Below are positions 35,872 through 48,100 of a DNA stretch of 64,000 bases, one piece after another (the stretch's first letter is position 1; each line of letters opens with the position of its first letter). The notes below the pieces were generated by a model. It was given only the letters and a program-made list of their open reading frames with translations. It made no database searches and had not been told where the DNA came from. The position numbers and the translations under genes are program-made. The stretch is from Antedon mediterranea (lineage: Eukaryota > Animalia > Echinodermata), in assembly GCF_964355755.1 (NCBI RefSeq), contig NC_092680.1, forward strand, positions 3,286,001-3,350,000, in the 5' to 3' direction.

Positions 35872-38627
35872 TCAGGTAAAATAAGTCTGGAGGTCAGTCT
35901 GAAAGAATAACGATATAATTTATAATTAATAAATATAATATTTCGAGAAGTTGGTGAATATTTTGCACATTTTAATGAATTAATGCCGTTTTGAACTAAA
36001 TATCAATATATTCTGTTTACCCTCGTAATTGTAGTGGTGGTTTTTCTCGACGATATCTGGTTGTTAAAACATTGAAAGTGTTTCCTGAAGGCATATCGAA
36101 CCTGAAAATAAATCAAATGTTTTAAACTAACGTATCGATTAATTCCTAGTTCATTTACACCGGAAAGCAAGTGGGGCTATTGGCAATAATTATACTATGC
36201 CTAAACGTTAATGATACTTGGGAAACTTCTGTGTGATTGAGTGATTGTACTCTAGGCCTACAATAAGAAGATGAATCCTGGCATTTGCTGGACGCTGTCT
36301 TTGCAAATAAAGAATAAAGCATTGCAGATGTTCTGATGTGGCAGCCAAAACATGGGCTTGTACTGGAGACGGATAGTGGTATGCAGAGAGAGGAACAATG
36401 GCAGATAGGAAGTATAGAGAAATATAGTCATATAAGTTCGGGTATGTCCCGGAAAAATTATAAGTAAGGCCTACAATTATAATGAAGGCCTACCTCTCGG
36501 CTTAGGGAAAACTGTGAGATCCAGATCCACAAACCCTGAAATGCAGCAGAAACTATGAAGATGAATTGAGTATACATTGAATCATCAAGAATGACGAAGA
36601 AGCCCGTCACCCACGGCAATCCAACCACTGGGGCTAACAACAACACCCTGTATGACATTGATCTACAACAATGAAGATAGCGATAATTAATAATGATGCA
36701 TCTTATAAAAATTAGGCGTAAAAGAGACAAATGCCTTCTGAACTATCAAACTAGTTTTACAAAAAAAGTATGATATACCCAAATATGCACAAATATGGTA
36801 GTGATATGACATCATCATGTCCATTATTATATGGGCACATCACATTTGTTGTCACATAAAGTTTGATAGTATAGACAAAGCTTTACCTTAGTCTCTTCAA
36901 CTTCAGATGTTCATCGTGTTCGCTGGTAGGCATTGATGTTGATTTCTTATGTACTTCATAAAATACAACGATTAATTGAACTGATACAGTCTGGAGAATA
37001 CAATTGAGCAATATTATTGAACTAAATAATTAAATATCCGGAAAAGGTTCAGCTTAGTCGTGAAAAGAATCCAGTTTATCACAATATATTACACTTGATG
37101 TTTTTGCAATACTGCACATTTTTTTGTATTCAATATTACGGTACTATTTGTGGATGTCATACTATTTTATTTCTATTTATTCAATTGAAACCAACAGCGA
37201 TAAAAACAGCCACTGCAGTTTTGATGAACATAAAGCAAACATAGAAACATTCACACCACAGCAGATGCTGTGTTCAATATAGACCTATCAATTTGAGAAT
37301 ATTACCAGAATTGTTGAAGCAACTGGTACAATGAACGTCATGATCACTCGATTACTTGTATTCAACCAGCAACTGAAATGACAAAGATTCTAAAATTTAT
37401 ACATCAATTCTCTTATAAAAAGTAATTTGATAGGAAGTTGTTTCCTATAAATACTACCGGTTCTAGCAAAGTTTCGAAGCCAGTCAACATTAGCTGCATG
37501 TTTCTGTTTATTCCCGATGTTTTGGAAGGAAGCCCTCTAAAAATGTTAATAGGTGTATCGTTTTAATATACTATACTTAGTAAATAACCTTACCTGGATG
37601 ATGCGTATTCCTCTCTCGTAACACCAACTACCGTTGCTACACCTACGAGAGGCAGCATCCAACCAATCACTCGAAAGTATTTAAAACGTTTCTGGTGATC
37701 TGCAAACGGATGTCTGATCTTACAGTACAGTTCTGTACACCAGAGAATCATCCACAAGAAGGATACGAGCAGACTGTAATGAAGGCTTGCAGCTACAATA
37801 ATGCAAACAACCTAAAATAGATCTAAAAAGTCTGTTTTACACTATCAGGAAAAACTCAACATTGTGGTATCTCATGGACTCTTCAATATGTCTATGTAGA
37901 CCTTGTAGAATTTCCAGTATCGCGAGCGGATTAATATTCTCACTATCGAATGTAGCCTATTTATACACATTTATGCGATTGCGCAGATATTTTGGCTTCT
38001 GGGAGCTTAAACACTGATATCATCTATAATGTGCCAAGCTAACTTCAATATCCAACATTTCACATCGTTTTAGAACAATAAGTTAAATCACTTAATTACA
38101 GATAGGACATCTTCATCATGGGACCACAAATTTGAATATGCAAATAAGGAAACATGATTTCCTTTGAGTCGTAAATCTACACAATCCAAATTAATTTTGC
38201 AATTAAAAAAAAAATTACTTACACGGTGTTTAATGTTCAGTGTCAGACATGTGAATGATGTGTTTACGCAGAGAAGAGAAATCACAAGATGCCGCAAAAT
38301 AACAAAACGTTCATTCTTACGCAATTCTCTATAAATACAATTGCAATAGTTTGACCGTGGTTACTTGTATTATATTTACATACACAGCGTTTAGTCTAAC
38401 GCAGGGTATTATTTATGATTGGTTCCCACTAGAGACGTAACACAACGACGTAATGCAACGTAAGGGATTTGACCAATAACAAGCGATGGATTTATTCGAC
38501 TGTCGCTTGTCAAGTCATTTGCGTTGCGTTTACGTCCTTGCGTTGCGTCCTAGTGAGAACCAAGCTTAAGTTAGACGCCACGGAGATAAGTCCAGTGACC
38601 ACTTGTTGTTGAAATCAATCAAAAGAG

Positions 38628-38671
<44 letters not shown>

Positions 38672-41600
38672 GCCTATACTTTATTGCGCTTCATTAGAGA
38701 GGACTGCAAAGCAATTTACAAACCTCAGCATGAGCAAATAGTTTCTCTAGACACGACCTAACTTCTGCAAATTAGTTTTATGAATTTTGCCGAAGTTTAT
38801 CAACTGGTATCTAATACTATGTTTTCTTGCCAAACTCAAGGGTTTGCTCGAGTGACAAACTAAACGTTACTTTAAAGATATATTGTCCCTCAAAACATGA
38901 AAAATGAAGATTAATAAATCGACTTTAAATAGGCGATTTTGCTGTTTTAATAAAGTTATTTACTTTGTAATAAAAAAATAAAAAATTACAAGTTTACTTT
39001 AAAGACAAAATAAACGGTTAATTATAACCAACATTTATTGTCTGACAGACAATTTAAGTATTTTGCTTTAAATTACATTTTTTTCAGGTAAATAATTTTT
39101 GTTCGATCCAGTTTTTGGTCAAAGTGAATAACTAATATTTGACATTAAAATGGCATATTAAAAAAATTGAAAAAAAAAATGTTTGTTAAAGGGACAAGAT
39201 ATATGTAAGCTCTTAAGTTATTAAAAGTGATGTAAAAGAACAAACTCACGGTATCATGTATATAATGATTATTATTGAAACTAGAAATATGGTTGAAACT
39301 GAAATACCGATCAACGTCAGTACGCTTGTCATCAGTTCCTTCACTTCGTCCAGTACCTAAAAACGTACAGTCAATTTATTATCAGAAATAATTTACGAAG
39401 ATGCAAGAACATACTATGCCGTTAACGTTGTAGTTTTAGTTTATGTATAATTAGAACAGCCAAATCGAATCAAATCGACAATTTAGAAGATAAAAGTAGG
39501 TCACAGGATAAAATGAAGATGTTACGGAAAGAATTCATGATAAATATGGAGAACATTTAGGAATGTATTGTCAAAGCTACTAATACTTAAAACCCAAACC
39601 GAAGACAATTTAGAAGATTAAAGTATGTGTGGGATAAAAATGAAGATTTTACGGAAGCAAAGAATTCATGATATAAAATGTAGGCATGTATTGTGAAAGT
39701 TACTTAAACGTGCGCAAGGACACAAGCGCACCACAGGAAATTTGAGCAAACCGCTTGCGTTGCACCTAAGTCGCTACACTACGTACAAGTGGGAACAAAA
39801 ACAAATTAGTTATTGTAGGCACTTTGATATTTAAAGTCATGCAAATTACTGTGGTTAATCAAGTTTGCTTTCAGAAACGAATACCTCACTGCCACTGCTC
39901 TCTACTTGCATAAGAATCGCAAAAGAAGTCAAATGGTTGCACACACACGTGACACTTGTCGCTTGGTTGTTATCCGTTTGAATTGAACAGCCTTCTGTTG
40001 ACCAAAATCTTACAAAGAAACAATAATAATTTCATAGTAATGTGTTTTTTGTTTATTTATGTGATACTATGAGTAGACCAATCCCTCATTGATTGAACTT
40101 ACGGTATATCTGATGTTGTTCCATCCAAAAAACAGCACGTTAGCTTTCGATTTTCTTGAATATTGTTTGCATGCTAAAAGTAAAACATATTATACATCAT
40201 TAGGCCTATACTCACCATAACAATATTGTTACTAAATTATTGGACAACAGTTTAAATAATAATAATACAGGTAAATCATTTTTTTGTTTATTAACTATAT
40301 AGGCCTACACATGATTAAAAATATTGAACCTCCAAAAGATTTAAGTAGGAGGGGTCCGGACAAATGTTAATAAATCATTTTTTTCGGGGGACAATGCCTG
40401 ATGACTTACTGGCGGCAATGTTACGTTGACGTTCACATCCGTTACTTCATCCAAATTTGCATCATATACATTTATAGATATGATATCGCTGATTAGTGTC
40501 ATCGGAATGCCAGATCTGTTGATAAAATTATATTTCTTTAGACAGCGTTGACTAAATTTTCTGGAGCTCTTATTTTATGATCGCCCTCACCCATATTTTT
40601 CAATATTATTAGGCCTATTATTGATACCTTGAATTGAAAAAAAATATCTTTATTGTTTACAGCTTTGTCTACAGTGTGATTTTCCTAAATATGGTAGTGA
40701 TATGCCGAAATATGGTAGTGGTATGTCCATGGGCACATCACATTTGTTGTAACATAAAGTTTGATAGTATAGACAAGGCTTTATAGCTTAATCGTATCCT
40801 TTAAGTTTATTCTAAAATCTCTGTAATTTAGAATTCAAACCCTTGGTATCTTTATTATAAAATCGTCTTCTATTAATAAAATACATTGGCAGTCAAATTA
40901 CAAAGACAGAAGACTTTTTTATTTTCTCTATAAACAGCAATAATTTAAGTTATCTAAAATTCCTGATTTTCTTTATTGAACTTCTACCATTAATGTTGTA
41001 GAACTCTAAAATGTTGGCAAGCAGTTTACAGTTTCTTTCTACATTAGAAACTATTGATCATTGAGTATTCTATATCGAATTATGACGATTTGTAGTTTAA
41101 AATATCTAGGCCTACTACGTGTTCTGGTCTAATAAATTATATTTATTTAGTAAATTGATTGTAAATCGTACAAGTTATGTACTGCCTCGGTTTCATTGGA
41201 GTTAACTACAAAGATTGCCATACCAAGAGATTCTGAAATTAAGTTAAAAAAGTAATCATGAATTATTTAAATCACAAATGCATGAATATAATATTAAACG
41301 CAACCATGTATAAATGATAGAAATAATATATCCCTAAATTTTACTTAAAGATGTATTGTCCACTTGAACACAATTTTTGTTGAATATGCCATTGTAATAT
41401 AACATTTATAGTTATCCACTTTGACAAAAAAAGTGGTTCGAAAAAAAATTTATTTCTTTGAAAAAAATGGTAAATTGACTGCCAGCCAATGGATTTTTGG
41501 TTGAGTTTAACAATAGACTGACGTTATTAAAACTACAAAATGACATATTCAAAGTCTGATTGAATAAATCTTCATTGTTCATGTTTTTGCGGGGACAAAA

Positions 41601-44098
41601 CATCTAAGCATTAAGTTCATTGCTCATTGAACTTTTGCTTGGAAAGTGTTGATGGTATGTATAAACAGGCATCTAAACGGTATGTAGCATTGTATTGGAA
41701 AGTGTTGATGGCATGTATGAACAGGCATCTAAACGGTATGTAGCATTGTATTGGAAAGTGTTGATGGCATGTATGAACAGGCATCTAAACGGTATGTAGC
41801 ATTGTATTGGAAAGTGTTGATGGCATGTATGAACAGGCATTTAAACGGTATGTAGCATTGTATTGGAAAGTCTTGATGGCATGTATGAACAGGCATCTAA
41901 ACGGTATGTAGCATTGCATTGGAAAGTCTTGATGGCATGTATGAACAGGCATCTAAACGGTATGTAGCATTGTATTAAATATAGAATGTTTTTAGTAATA
42001 AAGTTGTTACATCAGCGAAGAACATCAAATGAACTAATTGAGACTAAAGCATTGACGAAAAGCATTGACGGAAAAAATAGTATTAGCTGTACTGTTTAAT
42101 TGTCGTTACCGTCTGAACGGGCGTCTGAATTAGAAGAAGGGACGAGCTGTATTGCCGTTTCACTGATATCCACAGAAACGATTCCCTCATCAGTGTTGGA
42201 TGTCCATAACAAGACTCCTTCGACTGTGAATATATCAATAATAATATTCCAAATAAACGGCAAATTACTGAATAAAATGACAGATGAATCAGAGTTCTAT
42301 AACAGTTTTTTCTTTCGACAAAACTATATCAATGGTACGTAACGGTTTCGGAATACGCGTGACTTTTTTTCCGTATGTTTAGGCCTACACCACTTCGTCT
42401 TACCTGGTTCAGTAAAACGCTTTTCGCCGCCTTGTTTATTCATTTCACTAAGCTCTAAACGTGTCACCTCATTAACATTATCAATGTAGTTTATTGTTGA
42501 TTGAATAGAACTATCTTCAATATAGTTATCAGGATTTTCTAGAACAGAAATGAATCACTATATCAAAATATCAAATTAAGAGCCGTAGGACAACACTATG
42601 ACATTGTTTTATAAGGATTGATACGACACAAATTTACTTTGCTATCTTAATATACCATTTTGTAGATTAAGTCCACGAACACTTTGGAAGTGGAGTTGTA
42701 AATTTGTCCTTAGAAAAAATCCTGATATGTGACGGGACTTGAACCCAGGACCCTTGGAGTGGTAGCCAAGCATCATAACCACCAAGCCACAACTCCACTC
42801 CAAAGTGGTATCCAAATACAGGATACCAAATAGTGAAGTTTAAAATGTCTTATAATTATATTATAATTATGTATTGTTATTTTGCAATTATTGAAATAAA
42901 TAAATGAAATAATAATAATGATAATAATAACAATAATACTAATAATAATAATAATAATAATAGTACGAATTTGTAACGCGCCAATTCCAGCAGTAAGTGA
43001 TCAAAGGTGCGGTGTATGAGAGAGCTGAATCTGAAAGAAAAAGATGAAAACTGTTATAACACATTCACATACCTAAACAGCCTAGAATTTCAAATCGTAT
43101 GACGGGCCAGTTTTTCCATGATCGTGGTACGATAAAGGCGACGTGGACTTCGATTTCATACGGCAACATGTTCACAACCGGACTATTATTGTCCGTGTTA
43201 CCAGTAAATGTCTATAAAAACCACATACATTCATAAAAATGGTAATTACTCAATATTGTCGCCGTTTCAGTCACTTAAGCTTGGTTCCCACTAGAACGTA
43301 ACGCAAGGACGTAAACGCAACGCAAGCGTTTTTACCAATGACAAGCGAAGTTATAGACAGTTAGCAATCACAAGCGAATAAGCCATCGCTTGTGATTGGT
43401 CAATTCATTTGCGTTGCGTTACGTCCTTGCGTTGCGTCGCTAGTGGGAACCACGCTTTAATAGTGACTTTCTGATTGCACCTGCAATGCAAGTAAATGCC
43501 TGGTATTTTATGGAACGTAAATACGCCTCTTATTTCTATCCGGTAAATGGCCTAAAACTTAATTTTAAAATTGTCTACTTACAGTGTTATAGCAATCTTC
43601 TTGAAAATTAATTGTATAAGAATTAGAAGCTGCGACTTTATAACAGAACAAGAAAGAAGTGACCCATTCTGGATGAGTTGGAAAGTCAGGCGAACTATGT
43701 CTTCCTTGTGTTATGACTCCAGTAACTCTCTTCTTTTCTCCAAAATCGACACAAATCCACTGGTTTGTATCGTAAGTATGTGCAGGACCCCATCCACCGG
43801 CATGTAGACTATTGGCAACGGAATTGAGCCTTGCCCGTGGTGGACCAGCCCAATTATTATTATTGTCGTTAATGGTTGATGCATGCATTTGCTCATCTAG
43901 AATCTCTCCCGACTCCACTCCAAGAGCGTGAGGTAAACACGCTCCTATAAAAAAAAAGCATTCAGACGTTCAATGTTTAATTGATTTTCCTCGCGAAAAT
44001 GATTCTTATAAAACAATAAAAGAAAACTTACCACTACAACAGTCAACCAGCATCATCATTATATACAAAAAAATACAAAATGGGCAGAAAATATTCAT
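35872..44098 (-). CDS. Adhesion GPCR: signal peptide, F5/8 type C (discoidin) domain, GAIN/GPS, 7TM; ~17 exons
   Basis: Signal peptide MNIFCPFCIFLYIMMMLVDC. Discoidin motifs LGVESGEI, QWICVDFG, VTGVITQGR and FEILGC. GPS FWSTEGC...CVCNHLTSFAILM (~39885-40010). TM motifs LHYSLLVSFLWM, GWMLP, CWL and LAPVVGLPWVTG. Last exons 36021-36101 and 35872-35898. Confidence 0.88.
36270..36425 (+). mobile_element. Degenerate RTE-like LINE 3' fragment
   Basis: Translates to IADVLMWQPKHG...MADR, resembling the RTE ORF C-terminus; intronic. Confidence 0.35.
36740..36882. mobile_element. MITE family A copy abutting a GPCR splice donor
   Basis: Right TIR ...TAGACAAAGCT is followed directly by TTAC|CTTAG (donor GTAAAG on the minus strand). 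Confidence 0.8.
38419..38566. mobile_element. MITE family C (Harbinger-type, CGCAA-rich)
   Basis: TTGGTTCCCACTAG...CTAGTGAGAACCAAGCT; same family as 43278-43456. Confidence 0.75.
38632..38670. repeat. (CAAT)n microsatellite
   Basis: About 10 tandem CAAT units. Confidence 0.9.
38876..39204. mobile_element. MITE family B (Kolobok-like)
   Basis: TTAA|AGATATATTGTCCC start; internal similarity to 5066-5340. Confidence 0.7.
41349..41606. mobile_element. MITE family B, reverse orientation
   Basis: TTAA|AGATGTATTGTCC ... GGGGACAAAACATCT. Confidence 0.65.
41641..41976. repeat. 56-bp tandem repeat, 6 copies, inside the GPCR gene
   Basis: Unit GGAAAGTGTTGATGGCATGTATGAACAGGCATCTAAACGGTATGTAGCATTGTATT starting at 41641, 41697, 41753, 41809, 41865 and 41921. 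Confidence 0.95.
42650..42800 (-). mobile_element. tRNA-derived SINE (second family)
   Basis: Minus strand has A-box TGGCTTGGTGG and B-box GGTTCAAGTCC but no well-paired acceptor stem. Confidence 0.55.
43278..43456. mobile_element. MITE family C, intact, TTA TSD
   Basis: TTA|AGCTTGGTTCCCACTAG...CTAGTGGGAACCACGCT|TTA. Confidence 0.85.
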
Positions 44099-45144
44099 AT
44101 TTATTGATAACAACAACCATACGCGCAATAAACGAATCGTTACTCCGAAAGAGCAGATCGTGACTAACGTAAACCAATATCAATATAGATATAATGATAA
44201 TCACATTTATAGATATAAGGAAAATAATTATATTGTAGTAATGTCACAACCATGGAAGTGTTAACTCTGGTCACTACCAATTGTTAACGCACACAATACC
44301 GATATTACGGTTATTTGTGTACTTAAATTCTATACGAGTGTAACATTTCAAAATTACGTTAAATGTCAATTGTCAATAAGTGTAAATAACAAGTAATTCA
44401 CCAATAATTTGTTAATATGAAGATCGATTTGCGGTATTTTATAATACGATATGGGACCATTAGGCACAATTATAACTTGGCTAAAAGTTTACTAAATGCT
44501 GCATGACAAGAAGTCGATAACACTATACATCAGTAATAGTAATATTGGAAATCTGATCGTTCTATATAGCTTTTAAAATCAATCATGTGATGTAATGTGT
44601 TGTATGGAGGGTTACTATATCTCAATTAATGCCTATACAAATAATCAATGTCATGAGTTGAATCAGGAGAATTTATAAGTTGAAGACTGTTTGATTGAAC
44701 TTACACAGCGAAGTCGATTGAAAATAGGAAAAAAAAATTGGCTACGTCGAAAACGTAGGCTACTTTTCAGAACTAAAGAAGTAGGCCTACGTGGTGTACC
44801 GCAAACTTTATATCAACATTTGATTTCGACATGCAAACCTTCAAACAATATATTAATTATTATTACTGCAAATAATATTATATTTTATCCATAACAACGA
44901 ATACTGTAATAATAAACAGAACATCTAATGCCATTAAATGGTAAAAACTATATACATTGAATTTACAGAGAGTATGTTTTTGTGGAGATAAAGAATACGT
45001 CTGGATTGCACCTCTACTACAGCTGATGCAACAATAGTGTGTGAAACGTGAAACTTATTTTTAGCATATTGTATCTTTAATTATTCCTATAAAAAGTGAA
45101 ACAATTAACCATTGCAGTCAATTGCGTACGAGGTACTTTGTGAT

Positions 45145-48100
45145 ATGTCTGAAGTAACTGATGCAACCGCTAAAATGAGTTTAGGTGAGTAAAGTATAAT
45201 TAAAATTAGCTCGTTAAGCTAGGCCTCCTTGATGTGCTGATTATTCCTACTACCCGAACCTATTCATGTGTGTCCAAAACGCCCTTTTAATGTCCGGGCC
45301 GGCCAAACTGTGCAGGCCTAGGATAAAAACAAGTTGTATTATTCATTCATTATTCATTATTTAAGACCTTCCTTTATTTTTGGGACCCCTCCCCCTCCTT
45401 TTTCATGTATAACTCTACTACTCAATAATATTACAATAAAAATTATACAAGTTAATTTGATGAGATATCTAAATATTGTATTTTTTTGTATATATTTATT
45501 TGAATACAGTAATAATCGTAAATACCACTTGTTAAAAAAATAGTGTTAATAATTAATACTGTACATTTGAATGTGTTCAGGTCATTTGTTAATGTATCAG
45601 AATAAATAGATCCAGTATAAAGTTTATTATTTGAATTAATTTAATAATTTTATGGTACAATTTTATTTATATTTGAAGATGAAAAACCACCGTTGTATAT
45701 CTCTGATAAAGAGGGAATCGATGAAGGAGATGGGTCAAAACAAAAGCCTTTCAAAACATTACTACAGGTACAGAAGCTATTGATTGAGTATAATTGTAAT
45801 TTTATAGTTAATACTTGTATAGTTAAAACATAGATAGTTAAAATCAATATACATAAACTCCTTCTACAGTGTAAATTAAATATTTTACTTTTCTCTTTTG
45901 ACAGGCTATGAAGACATCTGGTGAACCATTTCCAAAATTTATGGTCGATTCCAAGAAAGAGGGAGAGGTAAGGTCATTGTATTGTAAAGGTAAAAATTAA
46001 GCATTATCCAAACAATTGTATGATTACCTAATAGTGATTGTTACCAGTATATTTTTTCTCTCAAAAAGCTCTCTCTTTTATTTGCCATTAAAACATAGCC
46101 TGAACACTTGCCAGAATTAGAATATAAGACTGTGCCAAGTGTGAACGACATAATTGACATGGTTTAGAAGGGGATACAAGTCCAAAGACTAAAGTATAGC
46201 TATTATAATACAGATGTTTTGTTTATTTTTCCCAAGAGATGGGAAGAGGTTTCTCAAGCCCAGCGAAAGAAGATTTCAAAACTTTATTCTGCAGAGCAAC
46301 GCAAACAAGCTGACAGAGAAAAGAAAGAGGTAAATATAAGGAAACCAATTTATGTGACAAAAAAGTGTTATGTGCCCATAATAATATGGACATGATGATG
46401 TCATATTACTAACATATTTGGTCATATCACTACCATATTTGGGAACATCACAACTACTGTAGATAATGATAAAATGATAAATAATAATGCATTTACCAAT
46501 ACTTGTTTTCCTACAAGATTAAATTTGATGAAAATGTTACAACATTTTTACAGCCTGTATTTTTAAAAATTATGTTTTATGATTTGTTTTATTTAGGCAG
46601 AGAAGGCTGAGCAAAGAGAGCGTAATCTGGAAGAGGCAAAAAAAGTTACAATTGAAGAGGATTCTAGTTTGCCTAAGGCTGAGGTGGTAAGTGCATATGC
46701 AGTGGAAAATTGTACACAATTATAAATACTTAAAACAATGAACTCCACTACATAGGCCTACATTAATTACATCATCAAAAATGCGTCAATAGATTTATGA
46801 TGATGGAGTATATATTATTAATTTTACACAATGTTATTTCAGTTTTAATTATGAATAATTATGAGGTCATATGTAGAATCGGGGAAGAATGTCCCCTGGT
46901 AGAATCAAGAAAATTATATAAAATATTGCGAAAAAAAAAACAAAAACAGAAGCAAACGTGTTTTGTTTAATACTGTATGGATATCCTTTTTATTTATTTC
47001 CATTCTTTAACACTGTGTAGAGATACAGATAACAAAGCTGTACAATGTAAGCAAGATTTAAAATATTTCTTATAGATCAAGATTCGAGATGCAACAAAGA
47101 AGAGAGATGTACGCATCAAAGTACAAGGCTGGGTACATAGGCTTCGCAGACAAGGTATATTGAATTAAATTTGCAGTTTTAACGTTCTTTTCTTTGACAA
47201 ATTATATGTTTTAGAAATGAAGAATATATTACTTTCTCCATTGCTTCAATTATTGTTTTTTCTATTTTATCAGGAAAATCTTTGATGTTTATTGTGTTAC
47301 GTGATGGTACAGGATTTCTACAATGTGTGCTCAATGATAAAATGGTAAGTAAGTTAATTTGTGTATACTGACCACTGTTCCTTAGACATGCTCTTAAGCT
47401 CTGTCTACACCGACAAACTTTATGTGACAAAAAAAATGTGTTGTGCCCATATATGGACATGATGACATCATATCACTACCATATTTAAGCATATCATTAC
47501 CATATTTGGGCACATAACACTTTATTGTCAAACTAGTTTGATAGTGTAGACAGGGCTTAATAGTGATTTCTTCGTGTGTGTATAAATGCACATGATGGAA
47601 ATTGTCCAGGAGACCACCATATTGTACCATAAATGTTTTGATTTTTTGCATAATTAAAACCAACATTAAACAAAAAATTAGCTTGAATAATTTACTGAAT
47701 GTTAATGTTCATTATTTTGTATTTTCAGTGTCAGACTTACAATGCCTTGATACTTGCCACTGAGAGTACTGTAAGTCTTTATGGAGTGATCAAACCTGTA
47801 CCAGAGGGCAAACAGGTCAGTATCATTGTCATATTAGATCATAAATTTATTTTATTTAATATCATTTTTAATGAACTTGGCCTATCCAGTTCTTAAGAAA
47901 CTAAAAATATAGTTTTGTTCTTTTAATTCATTTTAAAGGCATAGTAAATATAAAAAAAGTTGTTTTTAATGGTGAAAATTTTTTTTTTTTTACTTCTCTT
48001 GCCAGGCACCAGGTGGACATGAGCTAACATGTGATTACTGGGAGCTTGTCGGTGCATCACCAGCCGGTGGGGTTGACAACTTAGTCAACGAAGTAAGCAT

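Noticed and set aside
42650-42800. Possible extra tRNA gene
   Set aside because: A and B boxes are present but there is no proper cloverleaf; treated as a SINE head.
42965-43031. Possible extra GPCR exon
   Set aside because: No phase-compatible donor; it adjoins an (AAT)n retroelement-like tail, and the flanking exons join without it.
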